NCBI RefSeq assembly: GCF_004010195.1
Contig: NC_057718.1
Span: 4,227,775 to 4,291,774, forward strand
From: Chiloscyllium plagiosum
Taxonomy: Eukaryota
DNA: 64,000 nt
Direction of reading: 5' to 3'
Shown piece by piece: positions 26,459-38,379 of the stretch (within the stretch, counting starts at the first letter, position 1; the number at the start of each line of letters is the position of its first letter). The notes beneath the pieces were generated by a model, which was not told the DNA's origin, did not search any database, and worked only from the letters and a program-made list of their open reading frames with translations. The position numbers and the translations under genes were made by a program.

Positions 26459-28856
26459 CAGTGTGGATAGAGCTTCAAAATACCAAGGGTAAAAAGACCC
26501 TCTTGGGAGTCATCTACAGGCCCCCAAACAGTAGTCTGGATGTCAGATGTAAGTTAAATCAGGAGCTGAAATCAGGTGTCACTACAGTTGTTATGAGGGA
26601 TTTTAACATGCAGGTAGACTGGGAGAATCAGGATGGTATTGGGCCACAAGAAAGAGACTTTGTGGAGTGCCTCAGAAATGGATTCTTAGAGCAGCTGGTG
26701 ATGGAGCCGACCAGGGAGAAGGCAATTCTGGATCTGGTATTGTGTAACGAACCAGAATTGGTCAGAGACCTCGAAGTGAAGGAGCCATTGGGAAGTAGTG
26801 ACCATAATACAATAAGCTTCAATCTGCAATTTGAGAGGGAGAGGGTACAATTGGAAGTGACAGTACTTCTGTTGAATAAAGGGAATTATGGAGATATGAG
26901 GGAGGAGCTGGCCAAAGTTCAATGGTGCAATACCTTAGCAGGGATGACCGTGGAGGAACAATGGCGGATATTTCTGTGTATAATGCAGAAGTTGCAGGAT
27001 CAGTTCATTCCTAAAAGGAAGAAAGATCCCAGGAGGAGGCATGGGCGGCCGTGACTGATGAGGGAAGTAAAGAAACATATAAAGTTAAAAGAGAAAAAGT
27101 ATAACATAGCTAAGATAAGTGGGAAAACTGAGGACTGGGAAGCTTTTAAAGAGCAACAGAGGATTACTAAGAAGGAAATACGCAGAGGAAAAAGGAGGTA
27201 CGAAGGTAAANNNNNNNNNNNNNNNNNNNNNNNNNNNNNNNNNNNNNNNNNNNNNNNNNNNNNNNNNNNNNNNNNNNNNNNNNNNNNNNNNNNNNNNNNN
27301 NNNNNNNNNNNNNNNNNNNNNNNNNNNNNNNNNNNNNNNNNNNNNNNNNNNNNNNNNNNNNNNNNNNNNNNNNNNNNNNNNNNNNNNNNNNNNNNNNNNN
27401 NNNNNNNNNNNNNNNNNNNNNNNNNNNNNNNNNNNNNNNNNNNNNNNNNNNNNNNNNNNNNNNNNNNNNNNNNNNNNNNNNNNNNNNNNNNNNNNNNNNN
27501 NNNNNNNNNNNNNNNNNNNNNNNNNNNNNNNNNNNNNNNNNNNNNNNNNNNNNNNNNNNNNNNNNNNNNNNNNNNNNNNNNNNNNNNNNNNNNNNNNNNN
27601 NNNNNNNNNNNNNNNNNNNNNNNNNNNNNNNNNNNNNNNNNNNNNNNNNNNNNNNNNNNNNNNNNNNNNNNNNNNNNNNNNNNNNNNNNNNNNNNNNNNN
27701 NNNNNNNNNNNNNNNNNNNNNNNNNNNNNNNNNNNNNNNNNNNNNNNNNNNNNNNNNNNNNNNNNNNNNNNNNNNNNNNNNNNNNNNNNNNNNNNNNNNN
27801 NNNNNNNNNNNNNNNNNNNNNNNNNNNNNNNNNNNNNNNNNNNNNNNNNNNNNNNNNNNNNNNNNNNNNNNNNNNNNNNNNNNNNNNNNNNNNNNNNNNN
27901 NNNNNNNNNNNNNNNNNNNNNNNNNNNNNNNNNNNNNNNNNNNNNNNNNNNNNNNNNNNNNNNNNNNNNNNNNNNNNNNNNNNNNNNNNNNNNNNNNNNN
28001 NNNNNNNNNNNNNNNNNNNNNNNNNNNNNNNNNNNNNNNNNNNNNNNNNNNNNNNNNNNNNNNNNNNNNNNNNNNNNNNNNNNNNNNNNNNNNNNNNNNN
28101 NNNNNNNNNNNNNNNNNNNNNNNNNNNNNNNNNNNNNNNTCTGGGTGTTCTTGTACACTAGTCAATGAAGGTAAGCATGCAGGTACAGCAGGTAGTGAGG
28201 AAGGCTAATAGCATGCTGGCCTTCATAACAAGAGGGATTGAGTATAGAAGCAAAGAGGTCCTTCTGCAGCTGTACAGGGCCCTGGTGAGTCCACACCTGG
28301 AGTACTGTGTGCAGTTCTGGTCTCCAAATTTGTGAAAAGACATTCTGGCTATTGAGGGAGTGCTGCGTAGGTTCACGAGGTCAATTCCTGGAATGGCAGG
28401 ATTACCTTACACTGAAAGATTGAAGCGACTGGGCTTGTATACCCTTGAGTTTCGAAGACTGAGAGGAGATCTGATTGAGACGCATATGTTTATGAAAGGA
28501 TTGGACACTCTGGCAGTAGGAAACATATTTCCACTGATGGGTGAGTGCTGAACCAGAGGACACAGCTTAAAAATACGGGGTAGACCATTTAGGACAGAGC
28601 TCAGGAGAAATTTCTTCACCCAGAGAGTGGTGGCTGTGTGGAATGCTCTGCCACAGGGGGCAGTGGAGGCCCACTCTCTGGATTCATTTCAGAAGGAGTT
28701 GGATAGAGCTCTCAAAGATAGTGGAATCAAGGGTTATGGAGATAAGGCAGGAACAGGATACTGATTAGAAATGATCAGCCATGATTATATTGAATGGCGG
28801 TGCAGGCTCGAAGGGCTGAATGGCCTACTCCTGCACCTATTGTCTATTGTCTATTA
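26459..28856 (+). mobile_element. 5'-truncated CR1 LINE (APE + RT + 3' tail) inserted in gag, spanning an assembly gap
   Basis: APE motifs GVIYRPP, DFN, ILDLVL, GSSDH, and a TATTGTC tail. AATATT lies on both sides, and the site is empty in unit 1 (~15918). Confidence 0.9.
27211..28139. other. Assembly gap
   Basis: Run of N inside the CR1 element. Confidence 1.
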
Positions 28857-31211
28857 ATATTTCAACATATTTGTATATATCACTACATTTTTACTTCATC
28901 TCCATCCTGTTAACGACTTTCTTGACTAATTTGCAACTTCTGAAGTTCAAATTCTCTCTCCCTTTCTCTCTCTTTTTCTTCCCTGTCTCTCTTTCTTTCT
29001 TTTTCTACTCTTTCTCTTCGTTCAGCTAAGAACATCTGTCTCTTTAATTTTCCTCTCTCTTTCTCTTCTCATGGCTCTTCTTTCCCTTTCTTTATCTTCT
29101 GACTCCATTTCTCTCAATTTCAATTTAAGTTTTTTCTAACTTTACTGCACTTGTCTATTTAATTGATACAGCTAAGTGCTTGACTAACTCCATTACAATT
29201 TCAGCTCTCCTTTTGTTCCTGATTAAACCTAATTCTAACCTATTTGCTAATTCTAAAAGTTGCCCTTCTCCTGTCTTTCTAAACTTTCTTGGCAAATTTG
29301 GGAAGCATCTCCAAACCCCAGAACATCTTTAGCCATCTTAAGAGCCATTTCTCTCACTTTTAATTTACCCAACCACAAGCAACCGAAAATAAACAAATTG
29401 TCTCACCTAAGATTTATTTAAAGATCTCGGACACTAATCAGTAAGTGTTTAAATCTGTTGGGATCTTTCGTAACCCAAATCTGTTCAAATCTGTCCAAAT
29501 CTAGACTGCATCTGTCTAAACCTGTTCAAACTTTGGACCCAAGCCCCCAAACTGCTATGACACAGCAGTGAAGCTTGTCTGTTAATTAAACCAAACAGCC
29601 AGAAAAGCTTAACTTGTCATGTAATCTGTTAAAATATGAGTGACAGAGAACTCCCAAATTCCAGTATTTAAAGAAAATAATATCAATTTATTCTTTAATA
29701 CTAAAAGTGAACATTAAACAACAACTATTCACAACTCCAACCCTCTTTATCTTATCTGCTTATTACCTGCCTCCAATTCTATAACAATATATTGTTCCAA
29801 TAAAACACTTATTAAAATTACATCAACTTACTTTCGAAACCACACAGCAGCTGTTGATTTCGGTGTCTTTCTTCTTTCAGCTGAAGATCTCCCTGTGCCA
29901 ACTTCTTTCTTTTCAGTGCAAACATGCTTCCTATGAAAAGGTACCTTTGATAGAGTGTGTTCCTTAATTTCTTGGATCTATGTTGATGGCAGTTGCTTTG
30001 TCCAATTTTCAAAATGCCTGGCTTTTTTATATCCCCAATATCGGAACATCTCATTGGTTTGAGGTTGCAAAACAATAAATTCAATATCAGTTGGGTTTCA
30101 GTATCCTTGGGCATAATTTAAACTGATTGGTTAAATTTGAGTTGTTGTCAAAACAGCAACCAACTCAGGTATCCATTTCACAGCTAAATGTTACATAGTT
30201 TCAACATTCAAGTACACTCAGACTGCTATCTCATCATACCACAGGTGCTTGTAAGACTCTCAGGGCAGAACAGCAGTCATTCTCTCTTAAATATACAGTA
30301 TACACCTTCAACTTCATAACACCATTAACAACAAAATTGTTCTTAAAGTGTTTTACAAAATAGATATTGGGCAAAATCCAACAGAGGCAATAAATCAAAC
30401 ATGAAAAGAAATAACAGTCATGTTGGTCAAAATGTTGGGTTTAAAAATATTTGAAAGTTGGAGAGAAATCTAAGTAAGGGAACTGGTTGGAAAGAAGAGC
30501 ATCAGTCAGCTAGAGACTTTAGTACCATTGAGGAGTTCGGAAGTGGGAGAGAATAGAGCGTTGTACAGGAAAGAACTCTGGATTTTAGATCTGGATGAGG
30601 CTGGAGAGATTGGTGAGTCAAAGCACTGCGGAGATTGAAATCTGAGGTCAGAAAATCAATTCAGTGAATTGAGAGCCAGCAAGAGACTCCAGAAATAGAT
30701 GAGCAGGATCCAAGCCCAAATATTTGAGCTGGGACCTAGACTGGATAGATGTGAACAGATCGCTTTGATAGCATGAGGACTGGAGATTAGATGAAGGATC
30801 AGCAGCAGCAAGGAGCACAAATGGATCTGGAGGAGTTGTTTGCGGAGGGTTTTGATGACAGTAGGTCTGAAGAAACCACTAGTTCAAGGAGAGTGTTGGA
30901 GAAGAAATAAACAGGGACTGAGTCATTAGGAAAATAGGAAGGCAATATGGGGAGAAGACTGGGAGGATTCTGCAGTAATCAAGGAGGGAGAAGCAACAAG
31001 TTTGTGCCTGAGGAGGAAATGGCAGAGGCAGCTGAACATTGCATGTTAATCTTCAAATTAAAATAATCCTTGAGTCTTCCAGATTAGGCTGCTTGATAAT
31101 AGGTCAAGATACTACCAAAGATAACATAAACTGATTTGTTTTTATGAAGTGTTTGAGATATCTAACAGGCTTCAGACTAATTTTAATTTATTCACACATT
31201 TTCTCTTCAAG

Positions 31212-31556
31212 ATTCAAATCCCCCAGTCCTTCTCCAGTCTCAGAGCCTGGAAAGTGTCACCGAGGGTCACACTGCCCGGTTACAGTGCACCATGAGGAAC
31301 GCCGCAGTAACACATACAGAAGTTTATTGGGTGCGGGAGCAAGCAGGGAATAGTATGGACTGGGTTTTAACACATGATGTGATGAACATAGCACATCGGA
31401 CGTCAGGATTCCCTGAGCGATTCCTGTTTTCCAGAGACTCTTCCAGTAACAGCTTCATTCTGACCATCACAAACGTGCAGCCCAATGATACTGGGGTTTA
31501 TCACTGTGAAGTATGTGGAAATATCAGTGGGACAGGAATCCAGCTATGTGTAACAG
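31212..31556 (+). CDS. Exon 3: Ig V-set domain 2 with germline-joined J-like G strand
   Basis: Bounded by ttttctcttcaag| and |gtaagt; 345 nt, phase 1-1, open. Motifs LLQSQ, ARLQC, VYWVREQAG, GFPERF, FILTITNVQPNDTGVYHC, SGTGIQLCVT. Confidence 0.93.
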
Positions 31557-33549
31557 GTAAGTCCTCTTTACATGATACGAAATGATCTCTGATTGTGTGG
31601 GTGATGGACAGGCTGGGAAAGGGGGATCATTGTACAGTATTCATTTCACAATTTCAACTTTTGCCTCAAACTGATTTTCAAAATGACAACAACAACCTTT
31701 TTTTCACTTGAATTTCACATTGCTTATAATATATCAAATCAGCAACTGTAAATTTCACTTACTACTCATGGGGAAAATATTTCTTATTGGCTAATTGTTG
31801 GTGGAACTTTGCAACTTATCACTTGGCAAATGAAAATCTCCGGACCCCAGCTATCCACTCCTGATTGGCTTGGTGTGGTTGTGGTGAGTCTGTTTGTCTG
31901 TCGAGGGGACACTCCTCAGGAAGGGGCAGGCTAGTCTATGTTTCTCCACTCATGAGGGACAGTGAGCTTTGGGCTGAAGCCCCCTGAGGGAGAGAACGAG
32001 CTGCTTCAGGGACTCTAACTGGTTAGCATCCTGTTCAGCAAGGCCCACTCTCAATGTGGGAGCTCCAAGACAGCCATTTGACAGATGGCCTTTAACACAA
32101 GAGGAAATTTGTGTCAGTGATATCTCATAGTCTCCATCTTCTTAATCTAAAGGATGTCCTGTTGGAGGACCTTGCTCAAGAATGCTGCTCTATACGGAGC
32201 ACCCTGATGAAGGGGCAGCACCAAGTGGATCATTGTGGAGTCCAGAAAGGAAAGGGAGCACAGGTCACTTCATCCAGCTTGTGGGTTTTCATCAGGCACC
32301 AGAGGTGTCAGGGAGGGGGAGAGAAGTTTGTGAGGACAGGAAACTGGAGGAGATCTGTTGACAAAAAGGTTCCACAAATGAAGCACATTATTACCTTCAA
32401 TGCACTGTCAGCGAGACGTGGGAGATGATGCAGAGGAACAGACAGATGACCAGTAACCTGTTGCTGTGGAGGCTCACATCTTCAATCAGTGCTGTGCTTC
32501 CACTCACTCTCATTTTAATTCTCACTCCCACTCTGACCACGACCTCAAACACTGTCTCAATGAAACTTAAAATCAGCTCCAGGGAAACCATTTCATCATT
32601 TGACTGGGGAACTTACAATGCTGCAAACTCAAACTTGACCAGGTCTAAATTCATCTGTCCTCTAACCTCAGATGGAATCATTGATAGCCTTATTTCTAGA
32701 AATCCTGATGAAATCCTTGGCTCTGTTGCCTCTTCGTTCTGAACAGCAGATGCTTATCATGATGAAATGTAATCCTCTTTTTATTTCAAAATGCCCAGTC
32801 ACCAGACTAATTACCTTGATCTTGCTCTACACTTTATGGCTCTTCAGTGTCTCCAGTGGATATTCTGTTGGACTTCCCTTTACAGTGACTTTGGCACAAC
32901 CATTTTATCATTTCAAATCAACACTTTTTCAACCCTTGTTAAATGCTGTTTCTGTTTGGGGTACCTTTCCATAACTTGGCTTGCTCAACTATATGTTATG
33001 ATCACTTGCAGACAATGTTGTCTTATGTATTGACATTTCTTGCTGTAGACAATACCTTGATTTCTTTCACAAGAAAGGAATCTTTTGCTTGATCCACTAC
33101 TGTTTTGGGAGTGTACCTGCCGTTGTTTGTACCTCATCTGGAACACAGGCTATACCACTGTCATATCTGATCAGTGTAATCCTGAAGCTCTGTCTGCACA
33201 GTAGCATCTTTGTCATGCTTTTCAAACCTAATAACACATGATCAATCTTGACCTGAAATTTCACTCTCACAATGTAATCTGCGAAACGTTCACACCCCTA
33301 TGGAACTGCCAATGTTCCTGCCTCAATGATTGTGTAACAGTGTTCAATGCCCAACAAAGCTCTTGACATAAGATAATCTGGTTTTTATGTTGGCACTTGG
33401 AGAAGGAATAACTTTTAATCCTATGGACGATGTATCCACAGCTACAAAAATGAAAAAGCGCAGATTGGAATGCACTAAAACATCAGGACAGAGTAGCTTT
33501 ACATGAATACTTCAAAAGCTGCAGTCTGTTTGTTACTTCAGTACTAAAG

Positions 33550-35160
33550 AGTCTAACAGTCAGACAGCAATGATACAGTCCCTTCACTCTAACTTGTCCA
33601 TGCTGACCAGGTATCCAAAACTGAACTACTGTTAGATGCCTGTGTTTCACCTATGTCTCCTTAAACCTTTCCTATCCAAGTAGCTGTCCAAATGCCTTTT
33701 CAAAGTAACATTTCAAAGCCTCTACTACTTCCTCTGGCTCTCATTGCATATACGCAGCGTCCTCTGCAACAAAAGGTTGCTCCTCAGTTCCTAAATTATG
33801 CAGCTTGTTCTTAAAACTCAAACTCTCCAGTGTGGCAACATTCTTATAAATGGTTTCTGCACAACATCCTTCCCATAGCAGCATGAAAAGAATCATATGT
33901 AGTACTCTAAACGTTGCCTCACAAGTCTTGTAGAGCCGCAACATGTCATCCCAAGCTCTATTATGGTTTGAGTAAGACAAGCTGAGTTATAGATTAATTT
34001 TCTCTGATTCACCATGCCTCAAAAGCATTCTATCTTACTTACGGACATCGGTGCTGGAAATTCACTGATAGACCTTGTCTTCCTTTGATACACCATGAAT
34101 CCTAGTTCTTGGAAAATGCTAGCTTAGAATGTCATCACCTGCCATTTCCTTATTTCAAGGATTGTGACCAGTGGTGTGCCACAAGGATCAGTGCTGGGCC
34201 CACTGCTTTTCGTCATTTGTATAAATGATTTGAAGAGGAGGTATGGTTAGTAATTTTGAATATAACAAAATTGGAGGTCTAATGGACAGTGAAGAAGTTT
34301 ACCTCAGAGTACAAAAGGTTCTCGATCAAATGGGCCAATAGGCCCAAGAGAGGCAGATGCAGTTTAATTTAGAGAAATGTAAGGTGTTGCATTTTGGAAA
34401 GACAAATCAGGGCAGGATTTCTCCACTTCATGGGAATATCCTGGGAGTGTAAGTGAACAAAGAGACCTTGGAATACAATTTCATAGTTCCTTAAAAGTGG
34501 AATCACATGTAGATAGGACAGTCAAGAAGGTGGTTAGGTATGCTTGCCTTCACTGGTCAGTGCATAGAGTATAGGATTTGGGAGCATGCGTTGCGGCTGT
34601 ACAGGACATTGGTTAGGCCACTTTTGGAATACTTCATGCAAATCTGGTCTCTGTCCTATAGCAATGATGTAATGAAACTTAAAAGGGTCAGAAAAGATTT
34701 ACAAAGATGTTGCCAAGTCTGCAGGGTTTCAGCTAAAGAGGGTGGCTGAATAGGCTGGGGCTAATTTCCCTGGTGTGTCGGAGGCTGAGAGATGACCTTA
34801 TAGCGGTCATGAGGGGCATGGATAGGATGAATAGTCAAGGTCTTTTCCTTGGGGTGGGGCGTCCAAAACTCAAGGGCATAAGTTTAAGGTAAGAGGGAAA
34901 GATTTATAAAGGACCTAAGGGGCAACACTTTCATGCAGAGCATGGTGCGTGTATGGAAATGAGCTGCCAGAGGAAATGGTAGAGGCTGCTATAATTACAA
35001 CACTTAAAAGGCAGCTGGATAGGTGTAAGAAGAGGAAGTGTTTAGAAGGATATGGGCCAAATCCTGGTAAATGGGACTAGATTTATCTAGACTACCTGGT
35101 CGGCATCAACAAGTCGAACCAAAAGATCTGTTACTGTACTGTACAGTTCCATCAGGCTAT
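33550..35160. mobile_element. Decayed CR1 LINE 3' portions (33550-33980 -, 34158-35160 +)
   Basis: [10 protein letters not shown] and LYRTLVRPLLEY motifs, plus CR1 3' UTR. Confidence 0.8.
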
Positions 35161-35199
35161 GACCCAGTGAGTAGGGCCTGCATTCCGTTTGTGTTGACA

Positions 35200-36250
35200 C
35201 GTTCCTCAGCCTTTGATTATGTTCCCCCTTCATGTTGCCACACATGAGGATGTCCTCATAACTCCGTTGTTATCCTGAATGAGATCCACACAAAATCTCA
35301 GTCCTCCACTTGTCTTTACAACAGTTATTAATGCTGAGAACCATTCTCTCTGCAATTTTACCGTGGTATGACCCCACTATCAATCATGGTGTCCAACTGA
35401 GGGATTACTTTTCCCTTCAGAGGGTGAGGAATCTTCCAGGTAGTGCATAAGCTGATTGGTTTAGTGTCTTCTGACTGAATAATGTGATACCCCTGCCTTA
35501 GTTTACCTAAATCTATAACTACCTTTTGAAATGTTTGCTGACATTCTCCTACCTTCATTCTGATGTATTCGACCCACTCTTTCTCAGAGACCTGGGCACA
35601 TATTGACATTTCTGCTCAGCAATGAGACAGGCTGCTTGTCCTGGAGACATAATGCTTCAGTGCAATGTCACTCACTGTGAGTAATCTTCACTGTGATCAG
35701 TCCTCACTCCCGAGGATCTCTGCCTCCTGGTCCTTGGAGATGTTTCTGACTCTCACTGACTTCAACTGAGGCAAGCTGTCAGCCCGCATTGAAACAGCTG
35801 TGTCACGTTTCCATCCTGTTTCAAAGCCTTGCACCTTCAAGTTAATGGTTCAGACTCTCTTTGACTTGTTTCACAGATGCAGGCTTCACCTTTTGTTCTT
35901 TATCTTCTTGAACTCCTCCTTGTTGAATGACTTCCACTTCTCTGGTCATGCGCCTTTTGCAGGAACTAATCTGTTTTCAAGTGAAGGCACTGTTTGCACA
36001 CAGTATTTTCTCAAGCAGCCAAACTGAACACACACTGAGAGCTCTCCATTACCCCCTGCTGGACTGTCATTGCACTTCTGATGGTGTTTGGCTCGATACA
36101 ATGTCTAATTAAATTCAGCCAATGATGTACGTTACTACCTTTCTGAAGTGTGAGCTTTTGGGTGGGTATCAATACCAGATTGAAACCTGGCCCTCTACTC
36201 ATATCAGAAAATTCTCAAAATTTCCTGACGGAACTGATGATTGTGGAGCC
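35200..36250 (-). mobile_element. Decayed Gypsy-type gag/pol fragment (second family)
   Basis: - strand IPHPLKGKV..LDTMIDSGVI followed by a GLRFCVDL-like start of the RT domain. Confidence 0.6.
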
Positions 36251-36259
36251 TGATGTCTA

Positions 36260-36485
36260 GGAGAAAATGAGGACTGCAAACGCTGGAGAGCAGAGACAAA
36301 GAGTGTGGTGCTGGAAAAGCACAGCTTGTCAGGCAGCATCCAAGGAGCAGGAGAGTCAATGTTTCAGACATAAGCTATTCATCAGTTCCTCATTCCTGAT
36401 GAAGGGCTTATGCCCAAATATCGATTCTCCTGCTCCTCGGATGCTGCCTGACCAGCTGTGCTTTTCCAGCACCACACTCTTCGAG
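36260..36485. mobile_element. Palindromic Penelope-derived pLTR element
   Basis: Inverted arms around cttcatcag-like/ctgatgaagggc. Same family as 15984-16203. Confidence 0.65.
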
Positions 36486-37001
36486 ATTACCTGTTCTAAC
36501 AGGACATTCTTGAGGTCAAACACCTCGTTTTAAAGGGTGCTTCATCTTCCTTCAGGGTTCAGGCATGTATTTTGTGGACTGTGGGAGAAGATATTGCTTT
36601 AAACCAAAGAAACTGTGTGAGAAGGTGTTTGCAGTTTTAATAAATGTTACTGCAACACATGAAACATTGCCTGAAGTAGCGAGCAGAGAATGCTCATCTC
36701 GTCGGCATGTCATAAAGCAAACGATGTGTGTGAGATTTTGATGGGGACTAGAACTTGGCTGCTCAGAGTTTTTCTCTTTTCATCAAATTACAAAGGCCCT
36801 GGGAATACTGGGACTTGATTTGAGCTCCCTTCCCCAGTGAGGTACATCATCGTCATGGGCCTTCTACAGAGAAGTATAAATAGTGCTGTCATGTGAATGT
36901 GTGTAAAGAGTGATCACACAACCACCAATCACTGGTGACCACCACTTCTGACCAAGCAGATGTTCAATTTAACAGCTTAAACATGTCATTTCTTTTCATA
37001 G

Positions 37002-37121
37002 AAATAACTCACCTTTGGAAGACAAAACTTGTGTGGTTCATTCTGGGAGCTCTGTTTGGAATTAGTGGATTAATTTTATTCATTGGATACACATGTCTGA
37101 GAAAAAAGCAGTCCTCTACAT
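37002..37121 (+). CDS. Exon 4: transmembrane exon (E)ITHLWKTKLVWFILGALFGISGLILFIGYTCLRKKQSST
   Basis: Bounded by tttcttttcatag| and |gtgagt; 120 nt, phase 1-1. A 24-residue hydrophobic stretch is followed by an RKK stop-transfer. Confidence 0.9.
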
Positions 37122-38003
37122 GTGAGTCAATCATTCACTTTGTCTTCATTATCGTAGATGATCCTGTTTGATTCATTCATGGAATGTTGGCAGTTTCCTT
37201 CCCAAACAGGCATTTACAACAATCAAAGGCAGTTTCACGGTCACCAGCACTGAGACTAGGATTCAATTCCACAACTTGTTTTAACGATAAGTTGAACTGA
37301 AATTTCACCACGTGCTCTGCTGGGTTTGGAAACCATTGCACCTTAGAGTTATGAGATACAGGTAAAGACATCATAATCCCACTGGACTGTAGGGCTGTTC
37401 TCTCATTAAAGAGAAATAACTCAGGGTGATCTAAACTGAGGGTCAACTTGCCTCAGATGAGGTGACAGCTTGAGAAGGAGAGTCTGACATCGTGTCCTAA
37501 ACTGCTGGTGTCAATGCGCACCAGAAATCAGCTGTCTAGCCATCTGAGCAAGCCAACACCTAATAATGAGTGAGTGGTGGAGAGGATTAGATAACATTAA
37601 CAGTAGTAGTCAGGTGACAGATGCTGAAGAATGAAGTGGTACTCTATCCCAGAGATGTCCTATCTCCCAGTCCATTCAGTGTTACTGTGTAAAGATAGGA
37701 AACTTTACAGAAACCTCCCAGGGTCCAATGACAGTCACTCTGAGAGGAAAGAAACCAAGCTGCAAGTTATCTTCAGAAACATACAAATAGAGATCCAAAA
37801 CTGAAACCTATTCCCAGAGCCTGGGTCTCTGGATCCCTGTAGAACAGTAACATTATCGCTCTGCCCCCATTTGCCCGACTAGAATAGAGAAGACCAGAAT
37901 AAAGTGTTCAGTAAGCTGGAAATGGAGAGATTGTTTGGCAGCAGATCAATGTAGTGAAAATGACTGGAACTGATGGCGGGGTGTCTGATCATTGCTTTCA
38001 CAG

Positions 38004-38068
38004 CACAATCCGGAACAGCTGATGATCCGGACACAACTGCAGGCTACGAAAATGTGAGAACGCCACAG
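38004..38068 (+). CDS. Exon 5: cytoplasmic, (S)QSGTADDPDTTAGYENVRTPQ
   Basis: Bounded by ttgctttcacag| and |gtgaga; phase 1-0. Acidic residues precede YENV. Confidence 0.78.
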
Positions 38069-38379
38069 GTGAGATCAGGTCGTTTTTGAGGATGTTGGAT
38101 TCTGTGATGGGAAGGCTCAGTCTGATGGGATACGTTCTGACCAGTCTTTTGTCACTGAGGGCTGGATTGGTGTGATGGAGTGGGAGGTATGACACTGATC
38201 ACTTCCCAACTTTAAAAGCCCAACCCCCTTCACTTGTACTCAAACCTACAGGATGTGGTGAAGCAATACAAGAGACCAATACAGTTATCCTACCTCAGCA
38301 TCAAGAGTCACACCCACCTAAACCTCCAAGGGGCCTGAACTGATTGTGGATAATTATACACCAGAAGATAAAGAGTCCT

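Larger units (their letters stand above)
22525..30321 (-). mobile_element. Gmr1-like Gypsy LTR retrotransposon, duplicated copy (5' LTR 29553-30321)
   Basis: gag PHFDEKD..AYELLPEVYRSGFR (26077-26454), INT HHCC region (24836-25060), RT (23416-23631), PBS TGGGGGCTTGGGTCC. Same insertion site as in unit 1. Confidence 0.88.
21431..32958 (+). repeat. Intragenic tandem duplication, unit 2 (Gmr1-like element + V2 exon + flanks)
   Basis: Colinear with 9794-20276. Paired ORFs such as 9849/21487, 19377/32111 and 19783/32425 are near-identical. Confidence 0.9.

Noticed and set aside
27058-28168. Four 330-370 aa ORFs
   Set aside because: They consist almost entirely of X from the assembly gap within a CR1.
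18569-31556. Calling this a rearranging Ig/TCR locus or assigning a symbol (NCR3, CD79, CD8)
   Set aside because: There are no RSS, D/J segments or C1 exon. The TM lacks a charged residue, and I cannot establish orthology without a search.
31557-37001. Possible constant-domain exon between V2 and TM
   Set aside because: I found no Ig C-like open segment with splice sites; the interval reads as duplicated flank plus CR1/Gypsy debris. A small stalk exon cannot be fully excluded.
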